A stretch of 64,000 bases of DNA from IMG/VR virus record IMGVR_UViG_3300020440_001565, positions 1 to 64,000 of that record. One strand, 5' to 3'. The position numbers were made by a program, and so were the translations under genes. Origin of the DNA: a virus. Its lineage: Duplodnaviria > Caudoviricetes. How positions within the stretch are numbered: the stretch's first letter is position 1; the number at the start of each line of letters is the position of its first letter. This document shows positions 39,740 to 48,697 of this stretch, piece by piece. The notes below the pieces were generated by a model. The model saw only the letters and a list, made by a program, of their open reading frames with translations. It was not told where the DNA came from and ran no database searches.

Positions 39740-40856
39740 TACCCTTTCCTAAGAACACATCTACAGTTCTATCTATTGTTCCATCTTGATAGTCTGATAT
39801 GATACCCTGTTTAGGGTGAGGCTGTTCCATCCATAATTTAATTTTTGAAATTGCATCTTCCATTGACCACGGAACATACATTCTTGTACCATCATTACCA
39901 AATACTTCTGGAAACGATCTGTATGCAGGATAAACAACATTACAACCTAATGTATCACCTTCTGATACTGTGTTGGATACCCAGTCTTGTAAAGCACAAT
40001 TAAACAATACTCTTGAATCATTTAGTATATTGTAATAATCATTCTTTTTAAGATTTTCATAAATTTTAAATAATCCTTTTGATTCTAATTCTTTTGCTCT
40101 TGTTACATAAGCAGGATTATTACTTCTTAATGCACCACCAGAACAAATTGCAAATTCTACATCAGGATCAACATCTGCTTTATACTTTTCAATTAGATCC
40201 ATAAAAAATCCTGGTTGTTTTTCTTGATCCCATCTTGCCGCAAATACTACTCGCTTTGCTCTTTCATTAAATGGTTTGATGTTTGGAATTCGTTCTTGTA
40301 CTTCTGACTTACCAAACGGCAATCCTGTTACATATAATGGAGAATCAAACAAACTAATTCTTAAATGTGATGCCATTTCTTCTGACGCAATTAATATACC
40401 GTCTACAAAATTATCACAAATCATTTCATAGTGTCTCATCCACTTTGTCATTCCCCATACATTAACAAAGTCATCTGGATCAATTGTTTGTGCTAGACAT
40501 CTCACATAGACTCTTGGTTTATATTCTGCTGGAGATTGATCCATAATATATGGCAATGATTCCATACCTGGTTGAAACATATCTTCAAAGAATATTACGT
40601 CTTCATGTGTTACTTCACCATTACGCATCATTTTAACTAAATTTTGTATTTGGCTCATACCAAAATATGATCTACCATGTGCATCAAGAACTTGTCCTGT
40701 TACAATAGCTTTTGAATCATCTAAGTTATCGCCTGGAACAATAACATAATCTATTCCTCTTTTTTCAAAGACTCTTTTGTTCCACTCTGTTAGCTGTAGT
40801 GTATATCTGGCTTCGTAGGCTTCTAAGCCCATGTAAAATAATTTTCTCATACTCAT
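39681..40856 (-). CDS. GT-B glycosyltransferase (GT4-like)
   Basis: FAARWDQEKQP and VSEGDTLGC donor-binding region. Confidence 0.75.
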   Translation of the reverse strand: MSMRKLFYMGLEAYEARYTLQLTEWNKRVFEKRGIDYVIVPGDNLDDSKAIVTGQVLDAHGRSYFGMSQIQNLVKMMRNGEVTHEDVIFFEDMFQPGMESLPYIMDQSPAEYKPRVYVRCLAQTIDPDDFVNVWGMTKWMRHYEMICDNFVDGILIASEEMASHLRISLFDSPLYVTGLPFGKSEVQERIPNIKPFNERAKRVVFAARWDQEKQPGFFMDLIEKYKADVDPDVEFAICSGGALRSNNPAYVTRAKELESKGLFKIYENLKKNDYYNILNDSRVLFNCALQDWVSNTVSEGDTLGCNVVYPAYRSFPEVFGNDGTRMYVPWSMEDAISKIKLWMEQPHPKQGIISDYQDGTIDRTVDVFLGKGSDYARNDSRYRDHVAPAKI

Positions 40857-40871
40857 AATATAACAAACTCC

Positions 40872-41258
40872 TTAGGTATTGTCAACAATTTTATTTTTCT
40901 TATAATCCTGATTTATATGACTTTTGTAAGAATGACAGACTTTGCAAAGTGTCTGTATATTGTCTTGGAAATTATTTTTTTGATTTCCATCTTTATGATC
41001 CAATTCCAATGCTCCAGAATATGGAATATAGGTTGTACATTCATATCCCAATCTAGAATCTATATTCTCACAATAGGTTTTTTTGAAAAAGGTTACGCCT
41101 TCTTCGAGTTGTCTTGCTCCATATGATGCTTGATGACATTTCCAACATACTGGTCGTAGTTTGTATTTTCCACTTTTTGTTACTGGTCTTTCACAACCAT
41201 AATTTATACAGATAGGTAATACATCTTGCACGTTACTATAAACTTCCAATATAGGCAC
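40872..41258 (-). CDS. HNH endonuclease with zinc-binding Cys
   Basis: LELDHKDGN...N..N...LCKVCH plus upstream Cys pairs. Confidence 0.8.
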   Translation of the reverse strand: MPILEVYSNVQDVLPICINYGCERPVTKSGKYKLRPVCWKCHQASYGARQLEEGVTFFKKTYCENIDSRLGYECTTYIPYSGALELDHKDGNQKNNFQDNIQTLCKVCHSYKSHINQDYKKNKIVDNT

Positions 41259-41321
41259 AAAGCAGATAAAAAGAAATCAGTCCAACTATTCCGCCAAAAA
41301 TATATGCTTTAATTAATTTCA

Positions 41322-42791
41322 TCATTCAAATAAATTTCCAAAATTTGTAGTAACTTCTTCTTTAACTTTTTTCTCTTTCATTACCATAGCTGGTACTTCT
41401 TCAACAAGTTGATCAAATGTTGTTGTTCTTGGTGCTCCTGAAAACTTTGCTTTTGATAAAGCATTTAACAATGAACTATTTTTATTAATTAGATCCATTG
41501 GCTTTTCACTAGCAAATACTTCTTTGGTCAAATCAATAAACTCTAAAACATTTTCTGGAATAGATCTAATATCTTTTGCATCTGTTCTTCTATTTGCTTC
41601 TTGAACAGCATCAATATGTTGATAGATATTATGAGCCATGAGTAACACATAACTCAAACTATCCCAAGACGTTTTGGATTCGTAGTCTGTGCCCCGGCAA
41701 CAGATATCGCCTTCCATGTAACAATCCATAACAGGTGTATTGGTAACAAATGTTTCGTACTCGCCCGGGATCTTATCTGCGTACTTTCTCGAAAAGTTTC
41801 CTGCGTACTTCTTGTTATCTTTGGCTTTGTCCATTGTGAATCCAAAACGTGGGTTCTTTCTCATCATGTCAAATTCATTTTCAGTATATACTAGCCCTCT
41901 TGCTACCGATACAAATGCTGAAGCTGAATCAAATGAAACTTCTATATTAGGATTGATTTTTACAAGTTCTCTCTTGATTGCTGTCAACATGACAGCTGGT
42001 TCTAGTGCTGATGTGCCTAAGAAGTGTATCCAATCTTTCCCATCAAAATGATTACCATCTCTCATTTTAATCATTCTATATAAAATTAGTTTCCACCATC
42101 TCATATGTTCACCACCCATAGCCCAACCTTCGAATGCTTTATCACCATATATTTTTGGATCACTAAATGGAGCCATAGTATCAAACCATTCATCAGCTGA
42201 TGCTATATCATTACCTTGAATAACATTTAAGAATTTTGTTGCTCCTGGTACTCTGTGTTTCATAAACCATTCATTATTATAGGCTGTGTAAGCCATACAA
42301 TCTCTCACAGTATTAACACCAATACCTAGACTGACTGAAAAACTAGGAATATCTAAACACATACTCCAATCGGCAGTATGTTCTAACCATCTAAGAATTT
42401 GCATTCTTATATCATCATTCTTATGTCCAGGAGTAAGAAAGTTCTCCCAATCAAATTTAAGAATACCTTTTGCTACTTGAAAGCCACCTGAGTCACCTAG
42501 TATGATAGTTTTGTCTCTCGGTCTTTTTTGTACAAATGCTTCTTGTTCATTTGACTTTGCAATATCTAATTTTGCATGACCCGCCGAATATAGAGACCAT
42601 TTATAATTGAACATTCCTTTATCTTCATAGAGATACTTAAGACTATCCAATCCTTTTGGTAATCCTTTTGGAACTCTGTCTCCATATTTTTCTTGTGCGT
42701 TCTTTGAAAGTAAGTCTGCGTATATAAAACTTATTGCTGGTAAAAACACAGCATAGTCTTTATTTTTTATTGTTAGGTTTTCCGATTCCAT
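41322..42791 (-). CDS. TGT-fold transglycosylase, DpdA-like (DNA) or tRNA-guanine transglycosylase-like
   Basis: GDSGGFQ signature, MCLDIP, VIQG, IHFLG, SFDSAS, AHN; clustered with folE and queE. Confidence 0.75.
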   Translation of the reverse strand: MESENLTIKNKDYAVFLPAISFIYADLLSKNAQEKYGDRVPKGLPKGLDSLKYLYEDKGMFNYKWSLYSAGHAKLDIAKSNEQEAFVQKRPRDKTIILGDSGGFQVAKGILKFDWENFLTPGHKNDDIRMQILRWLEHTADWSMCLDIPSFSVSLGIGVNTVRDCMAYTAYNNEWFMKHRVPGATKFLNVIQGNDIASADEWFDTMAPFSDPKIYGDKAFEGWAMGGEHMRWWKLILYRMIKMRDGNHFDGKDWIHFLGTSALEPAVMLTAIKRELVKINPNIEVSFDSASAFVSVARGLVYTENEFDMMRKNPRFGFTMDKAKDNKKYAGNFSRKYADKIPGEYETFVTNTPVMDCYMEGDICCRGTDYESKTSWDSLSYVLLMAHNIYQHIDAVQEANRRTDAKDIRSIPENVLEFIDLTKEVFASEKPMDLINKNSSLLNALSKAKFSGAPRTTTFDQLVEEVPAMVMKEKKVKEEVTTNFGNLFE

Positions 42792-43116
42792 GTTTATCTT
42801 GCTCTACTAGTTTCATAAATTCAGTCATTTGTTGTGGATAATGTTTTTTACAATGCTCAATCATTTTTTCTGGTGTGAATTCATCTACTCTGTTTTTTAC
42901 CCATTCCATTGTAACACATTCTAATATTGATGTTGCTGAGTCCATATGCCTTCTTTTTACTCTGTCTACAAAATGTACTTCTTCAAACATTTCGTACTTT
43001 CCTTCTTGCCCAAAGTTCTTCATCGATGGATTCGAACCTTTCTTGGGAGAGTAACTGTGCATTATCACAATAAACTTACCTTTGTTCTTTGTATACACTC
43101 TGCTTCTTTCTAACAC
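42760..43116 (-). CDS. hypothetical protein
   Basis: ORF; true start probably the internal MHSYS. Confidence 0.55.
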   Translation of the reverse strand: MLERSRVYTKNKGKFIVIMHSYSPKKGSNPSMKNFGQEGKYEMFEEVHFVDRVKRRHMDSATSILECVTMEWVKNRVDEFTPEKMIEHCKKHYPQQMTEFMKLVEQDKHGIGKPNNKK

Positions 43117-43189
43117 CTAACAGATAACCCATTGTGAATGCTAACCCAATGAATACTACTATTATCAATGTGTGCCATGCTAAAAACAT
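43076..43189 (-). CDS. 37-aa membrane peptide
   Basis: MFLAWHTLIIVVFIGLAFTMGYLLGVRKKQSVYKEQR; TAATG-coupled to the clamp loader gene. Confidence 0.5.
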   Translation of the reverse strand: MFLAWHTLIIVVFIGLAFTMGYLLGVRKKQSVYKEQR

Positions 43190-44118
43190 TATTTAGATTT
43201 CCTTATATATTCCAGTTCGACCATAGTAGCCGCAAGATTAATTTCTGGGTCAACCACTACAGAGTGATTGACTAGCCCTTCACGAAGTGTGAGTAAGGCT
43301 TTGTTTTGTTTCTCTTCAGTTTCCCCAAACCATTCTAAATTTTCATACATTTTTCTATAGACCTTTTCATATTGTTCAGGGTCGGCGTGTTCAATAATAT
43401 ATTGTCTTGCCTGTTTAATTTGTCCATTTTGAAAGAATGCTATATATTTAACTTCTACGTCTGTTTCAGATACATCACCTTCTGAAGGTGGTTTTAAATT
43501 GCCTGTCTGCGAATTCATCTGACATATATTAATACATTTTCTTAAGTCAGGGTATGATGCTTTTACATAAGTCTGTAAATCTTCCATATCAAATTTGATG
43601 CCTTCAGTTTGTAATACTTCACCTATTCTAACTGTGAACATTGTTTGATCAAGTTTCAATATTTTAAAACCTTGACATCTTGAATGGATAGCTGGAATTA
43701 TTCTTCTCTCATAATTACAAGTCAACAAAAATCTACAAGTCGATGCAAACATTTCCATAACACCACGAAGTGCCGCTTGACCATTTGGACTTATATAATC
43801 TGCTTCATCAAGTAACACATACTTGAATTCACCAAATGGCATTGTTTGTGAAAAGTTTGTAATCTTATCTCTAATTGTATCAACAGAGTTTTCTGACGAT
43901 GCATTAATTTGTAATACATCACCCCAATCAACTTTTAGTTCATGTAATAGTAATTTTGCTAGTGTGGTTTTACCTGTGCCTGGTGCACCTGAAAATAACA
44001 AATGTGGAATTGCATTGGATTTTATCCAACTTTGTACTTGATTCTTTTGTACATCATCTCTGAATACATATTCCGATATCTTTTTCGGTCTGTATTTTTC
44101 AACCCATAAATCTTTCAT
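43189..44118 (-). CDS. clamp loader ATPase subunit (RFC small/gp44-like)
   Basis: WVEKYRP, GAPGTGKT, LLDEAD, SRC motif. Confidence 0.92.
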   Translation of the reverse strand: MKDLWVEKYRPKKISEYVFRDDVQKNQVQSWIKSNAIPHLLFSGAPGTGKTTLAKLLLHELKVDWGDVLQINASSENSVDTIRDKITNFSQTMPFGEFKYVLLDEADYISPNGQAALRGVMEMFASTCRFLLTCNYERRIIPAIHSRCQGFKILKLDQTMFTVRIGEVLQTEGIKFDMEDLQTYVKASYPDLRKCINICQMNSQTGNLKPPSEGDVSETDVEVKYIAFFQNGQIKQARQYIIEHADPEQYEKVYRKMYENLEWFGETEEKQNKALLTLREGLVNHSVVVDPEINLAATMVELEYIRKSK

Positions 44119-44119
44119 G

Positions 44120-44413
44120 TTACCACCTTAGCTTTTCGATTGTCTTCAGTTTAGCATCTTTAAATCGAATTGTCAACTCATCGCAACCACAATTTTCCCA
44201 AACAAAGTCTTTACCATATTCCAACCCAGCTTTTCCAAGTGTGTTGCATACAATGGCTACTGCTTCAACGTCTTTGTAATTGGCGTTCAAGGCACCTCCT
44301 TCAACGGAAGTACCTGAATGCTCACCTATATAGGTTTCTCTATTTGTAATTTTATCTGTATCGAGTGTTAGCTCGTGTTCAAATTTAGAGATAATCTGTT
44401 GTAGGCTTTTCAT
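44120..44413 (-). CDS. hypothetical protein
   Basis: 97-aa ORF. Confidence 0.6.
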   Translation of the reverse strand: MKSLQQIISKFEHELTLDTDKITNRETYIGEHSGTSVEGGALNANYKDVEAVAIVCNTLGKAGLEYGKDFVWENCGCDELTIRFKDAKLKTIEKLRW

Positions 44414-44726
44414 CCGATATTCCCAAAATGTCTTTGTTGTCCACTAATCTTAAATCAAAAGTTTCACCGTCTTCGTCTTGCATTTGAATTCCTTGTGTCC
44501 ATCTTCCATGGTCAATTAAAATCCAATCACCGGTCTTAAAATCTGTTACTTCAGGTCCAACAGCATACACTTGAGCCCATCTGGAACGAATACCTCTTTC
44601 GCCATCACTCGCATTGTCGCTGGAAGGTATAATAATACCACCTTTGGTCTTACCCATACCCTTTTCAATATTTCTAACTAGTATACGATCCTTTATGGGA
44701 CGGATCTTCCCGTAGACTGTATTCAT
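44385..44726 (-). CDS. groES: GroES-like co-chaperonin
   Basis: IRPIKDRILV, TKGGIIIP, VYAVGP, DILGI. Confidence 0.8.
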   Translation of the reverse strand: MNTVYGKIRPIKDRILVRNIEKGMGKTKGGIIIPSSDNASDGERGIRSRWAQVYAVGPEVTDFKTGDWILIDHGRWTQGIQMQDEDGETFDLRLVDNKDILGISDEKPTTDYL

Positions 44727-44732
44727 AATATA

Positions 44733-45080
44733 TTACTCTTCAGTTTCTCTAATTTCAATATCACCGTTTGGTAATTCCACTTCAACTGTTTTTTTCACTT
44801 TTGCTTTCGCAGGTGATTTTTTAAGAACAGTTTTTTGTCCTGGGTGCTCTTGTACTGAAGCTGTAACAGGGTCTTTTATCGACATTGTTCTTGACACAGC
44901 TTTTGGATTATTTTGGTAATATGCTGTGGCTTCTTGTTTCTTAGATGATACTACTTGACCACCTTTGATTTTGTCACCTCTGGCATTCACGCCCATGTTA
45001 CCAAGTGCTATTGCTTCTTCGTTTTGAAGAGCAAGAACATCCATATCAACAACTTTGCCTCTGTTTGATCTTCTTTGCAT
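44733..45080 (-). CDS. hypothetical late protein
   Basis: 115 aa, AAGGAG RBS, AATAAATA box at 45111-45118. Confidence 0.7.
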   Translation of the reverse strand: MQRRSNRGKVVDMDVLALQNEEAIALGNMGVNARGDKIKGGQVVSSKKQEATAYYQNNPKAVSRTMSIKDPVTASVQEHPGQKTVLKKSPAKAKVKKTVEVELPNGDIEIRETEE

Positions 45081-45113
45081 AATGCTTCTCCTTAATATAC
45101 GTATATTATGTAT

Positions 45114-45626
45114 TTATTTCAAAAAATCCTTAATATCAAGATTATACTTCATACTATCAACTTTATGAACACCCATTAAAAATAACACATATGATGATAC
45201 TGATGAACCTCTTCCAACACCCCAAATTATGTTATTTTTACGCATTAAATCTATAATGTACTTTAACACCTTTAAAACATTTTGTAAACCGAATTCTTTA
45301 TATAATTGCATTTCATATTCCACTCTTATTTGTTCTTCTGGTGTTTTAATCAACTCTTTGATGTATTGCTCAATATCCATATCTAGATATTCTTGTGGAA
45401 TATGCCAATTTTTCTGCTGTTCTTTATCAAACTCTTCTATGCTTATATCCTGCTTATTCGTGCTTAAAAGGGCCCTATAATCCAATTTAAACGCCTTTAC
45501 AGCGTCATTGTGTTCTTCTGCTATACTTTGAGCTACCAAAACATTATCTAGGGGCAAATCTTGGTATAGTGCTTCAACTATATCAGATCTGTCTAGTACA
45601 CATTGTCCATATTTGTTTGTTACCAT
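45114..45626 (-). CDS. DNA polymerase III alpha (DnaE) N-terminal catalytic-domain fragment
   Basis: RVEYEMQLY, WGVGRGSSVSSYVLFLMGVHKVD; ends before the catalytic PDIDxD motif. Confidence 0.75.
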   Translation of the reverse strand: MVTNKYGQCVLDRSDIVEALYQDLPLDNVLVAQSIAEEHNDAVKAFKLDYRALLSTNKQDISIEEFDKEQQKNWHIPQEYLDMDIEQYIKELIKTPEEQIRVEYEMQLYKEFGLQNVLKVLKYIIDLMRKNNIIWGVGRGSSVSSYVLFLMGVHKVDSMKYNLDIKDFLK

Positions 45627-45632
45627 AGCTTT

Positions 45633-45661
45633 ATTATATACTATGTTATTAAAAATGTAAA
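45633..45661 (-). promoter_or_regulatory. sigma70-type promoter
   Basis: TTTACA-N17-TATAAT, 6 nt before ATG. Confidence 0.7.
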
Positions 45662-45676
45662 GAGTTAATTTAAATC

Positions 45677-46801
45677 TTATTGATTATTTTTCGATGTCTT
45701 ATTATATTTCGTATGATCGCTAGTAAGTCTTGAGCTGTGATTACTATATTTTTTATTGTGAACGCAAAACTCATTACATATTTTTGAATGCTCTTTTTCA
45801 ATAATACTATATAAACTTCTACCATACCAAGAATTTGATAATATTTCTAGTAATTTATGTCCATGCAAGTTATTGGAATTTACATCAAATCCTGGCAACA
45901 AATCACCTGTAATTGCTTTTGCCTGTGGTGCCCCTTTGGCTGTCCAACAACAAGGCCATACTGTACCCCATGGATCTATTTGTACTCGTTTATCCTGATA
46001 CCATTTACATGGTGTAACCATCGCGGCTTTACCTTTAAGTGCAATATGTCTATAAGGATCTTGTTTAAAGTATACAAACTTCGCACCAAAGTTTTTAGTT
46101 TTTGTATGTTTAATTTGATAACTTCCATCATGTACATCTATCGACTCCTCGTTTCTATCAAAACTTGGTCTCATAAAATGTCTAGTAGCACCTAGCTTTT
46201 CTGCTAAAGCTGAAATTTCATCTAGTTGATCTATGTTGTGATCAAATACTGTTGTGACTATATCTGCATTACCACCTGCATTGGTAAATGCTTTTATATT
46301 CTCACATATCTTTTTAAAACTTGTATTACGTCTATATAAATGGTGTGTATCTTCTAGGCCGTCCATAGCAAATTCAACTTTATGTGAATATGCATTTGCT
46401 AGTACTTTAGCAAACTCTGTCCACCATGCTGGATTCCTTATACTTCCGTTTGTGTCTATTTTAATATTTGTTTCAGGATGACTATCCGTAATACTTTGAC
46501 AAATTTCTGTTATCTGAGGATGCATAATAGCATCACCCCAAACACCATTAAAATTAATTTTTACAAGTTTTATTGTTTTTGTATCTTCCGTCATAACTCT
46601 TTTCCACAAGTCAAGATCTAAATGAGTAAATTTTAAGTGAGGTATTGGATCACCACCCTTGTAGTTTCTAACACAGCTAACACATTTGGCATTACAATAG
46701 CTTGTGGCATCTACTTGAAGATAGGCTGTACGTTGAGCCCATCGAAAAGCCCGGGTAGTTGGCCGGGCTTCTCCATATTGTATTTTATTTCGTTTCGTCA
46801 T
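45677..46801 (-). CDS. radical SAM protein with C-terminal SPASM/twitch domain
   Basis: CNAKCVSC; C-terminal C...IDPWGTVWPCC...CNEFC. Confidence 0.85.
   Translation of the reverse strand: MTKRNKIQYGEARPTTRAFRWAQRTAYLQVDATSYCNAKCVSCVRNYKGGDPIPHLKFTHLDLDLWKRVMTEDTKTIKLVKINFNGVWGDAIMHPQITEICQSITDSHPETNIKIDTNGSIRNPAWWTEFAKVLANAYSHKVEFAMDGLEDTHHLYRRNTSFKKICENIKAFTNAGGNADIVTTVFDHNIDQLDEISALAEKLGATRHFMRPSFDRNEESIDVHDGSYQIKHTKTKNFGAKFVYFKQDPYRHIALKGKAAMVTPCKWYQDKRVQIDPWGTVWPCCWTAKGAPQAKAITGDLLPGFDVNSNNLHGHKLLEILSNSWYGRSLYSIIEKEHSKICNEFCVHNKKYSNHSSRLTSDHTKYNKTSKNNQ
46745..46770 (-). terminator. terminator-like hairpin inside the 5' end of a radical SAM ORF
   Basis: AAGCCCGG/CCGGGCTT stem followed by extra Ts on the minus strand, just after the stop of the acidic-protein gene. 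Confidence 0.55.
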
Positions 46802-47063
46802 TATATTCTGCGTCTTCTATCTCATCAGTAACGTCATATTCAAAATCATCATCGTCGTCACACTCGCATTCGCCTTCGCAACCACATGATAATTCTTCAT
46901 CATCTTCGTCATCCATATTAGTTTCATCTTCGTGAATTTCTCTAACTTTTTCTATTAACTCTTCAACATCCCATTTGATATCATCCATCATATCAAGTTT
47001 CTCTTGGATCTTCTCTAGAGCTTCGTCTACTGTATAAATTTCATCAATATTGTAGTCAGCCAT
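46785..47063 (-). CDS. highly acidic small protein with Cys cluster
   Basis: GGAGG RBS, ATG at 47063; 42 of 92 residues Asp/Glu; SCGCEGECEC. Confidence 0.75.
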   Translation of the reverse strand: MADYNIDEIYTVDEALEKIQEKLDMMDDIKWDVEELIEKVREIHEDETNMDDEDDEELSCGCEGECECDDDDDFEYDVTDEIEDAEYNDETK

Positions 47064-47149
47064 ATTTATTCCCTCCTGCATAAGAATTTAACTATTCAAT
47101 AATATTTAAGATGTACCAAACAAAAATTAGTACTCATAGAACAATAATG

Positions 47150-48346
47150 TTATGCTTTATTATATTGAATTCCTAAGTCATTAAATATAAATTGTCCGTT
47201 TTGATTTCTTAAAGTATCTTTTATCTGTGTGTCTGTAACTAGCTGATTCATCATTTCATTTTGCCATGCTTCAGGATCTCGTTCTTTAAATGTGTAGTTT
47301 TGACCAGATTGTGTTCTTGGTTCATACTTAATTTGTTTTAATAGTTGTTTACTACAATGTCCTTTTCCTGTTGCAAGATACTCTTTTATATCTTCTAAAA
47401 TTTTCTTAGGAAGATTTAATGGATTGTAATACCAAGGCCAATAAGCTATTTCAATGTTATGCCACCAACCATCTTCCATCGCCCAATTTTCCCATTCAAC
47501 AAGATTCTTAGCATTTAAAATTGAAATAGTATTTTTTAGTTGAATATCAATTTTATCTCTATATGGTTTTAGTTTTTCTATATTAGTTAGAAACTTATCC
47601 CAGGTATGAGGATAACGAATATAATTGTAAACATCTTCTGTTCCGTCAACACTTATATTTAAAATTGCTTGTTTAAAATTCAACATATCATCATATAATT
47701 TTAATCTTTTGTTTGTGTTGTTTGTTGTTATTATAATCACAGTATGTTTAGCATGACCTGTTTTTGCAAACCATTCTACTAGATCATGTACTGGTTCTAT
47801 TAATGTTGGCTCTCCACCTGTAAATTTTAACGTCCTTACTTGATCTGCGTGTGCTTTTATATCTTCATAAAAAGCAGGATCTTTATACCAACTATTATCT
47901 TTATATTTTAACGAACTGAGTGGTCCTTTTAAATTCTTTGATGACGGCCAATTAAGATGTTTGTTATTGATCAGTTCTTTTTCTATTAGTGATGATGAAC
48001 CTGGACCACACATTCTACACATTAAGTTACACTTGTTACCTAACTTTAAATCTAAAAAAGAATAAGGATCTGTTGTAATTTGGCCTTTTTTATATTTGTT
48101 CCAGCCATTTAATCTATAACTGGTTAGTCCGGCTTTTTCTTTAGTCCAACACGTTTCGCACCTTTTATCTTCTATACCTTTATCAAGATTATCTTTTAAC
48201 AATTTTGTCCATACATGATTTTCATAATCTTCGCCAACATGAACCATTGCCATTCCTGATGGAATTTGACAACAGGGTTTTATATTGCCATTCGCTGAAA
48301 CTGTTCTACCACCATCAACATAGATGCATTTTTTTGAATCTTTCAT
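47150..48346 (-). CDS. radical SAM protein with N-terminal twitch/SPASM-like domain
   Basis: C...NGNIKPCC...CETC, then CNLMCRMC and FTGGEP. Confidence 0.85.
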   Translation of the reverse strand: MKDSKKCIYVDGGRTVSANGNIKPCCQIPSGMAMVHVGEDYENHVWTKLLKDNLDKGIEDKRCETCWTKEKAGLTSYRLNGWNKYKKGQITTDPYSFLDLKLGNKCNLMCRMCGPGSSSLIEKELINNKHLNWPSSKNLKGPLSSLKYKDNSWYKDPAFYEDIKAHADQVRTLKFTGGEPTLIEPVHDLVEWFAKTGHAKHTVIIITTNNTNKRLKLYDDMLNFKQAILNISVDGTEDVYNYIRYPHTWDKFLTNIEKLKPYRDKIDIQLKNTISILNAKNLVEWENWAMEDGWWHNIEIAYWPWYYNPLNLPKKILEDIKEYLATGKGHCSKQLLKQIKYEPRTQSGQNYTFKERDPEAWQNEMMNQLVTDTQIKDTLRNQNGQFIFNDLGIQYNKA

Positions 48347-48367
48347 ACTAGTATTTAAGACTAATAT

Positions 48368-48697
48368 TTAGGATTTATCTTTCGCTTTTTCTTGTCTTTT
48401 TTGGAGCATATCAACATACCGCTTGAGCTGTACATCTAGTCTATCTTTGCTATCTGTGTCATAGTATTCTTGAATAAACTCAAACATTATTGCGGCAGTT
48501 TCTTTTGGGGAATAATTAAGTACTAATTTTTGAAGATGATAGTGGCATCTTTTTTTGATTTCATCACTTGTCAGTACAACCTTGTCTGACACTTCTTTTC
48601 CTTCAATACCCATCTTTATGGGTTCGGGAGGTGCTTTCTGTGACTCTTGCTCGTCTGAGTACTTACTCATTGTATCCTTCTTGCCTATCTTCTTCAC
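48368..48697 (-). CDS. hypothetical protein
   Basis: ORF; start probably the internal MSKYS. Confidence 0.6.
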   Translation of the reverse strand: MKKIGKKDTMSKYSDEQESQKAPPEPIKMGIEGKEVSDKVVLTSDEIKKRCHYHLQKLVLNYSPKETAAIMFEFIQEYYDTDSKDRLDVQLKRYVDMLQKRQEKAKDKS

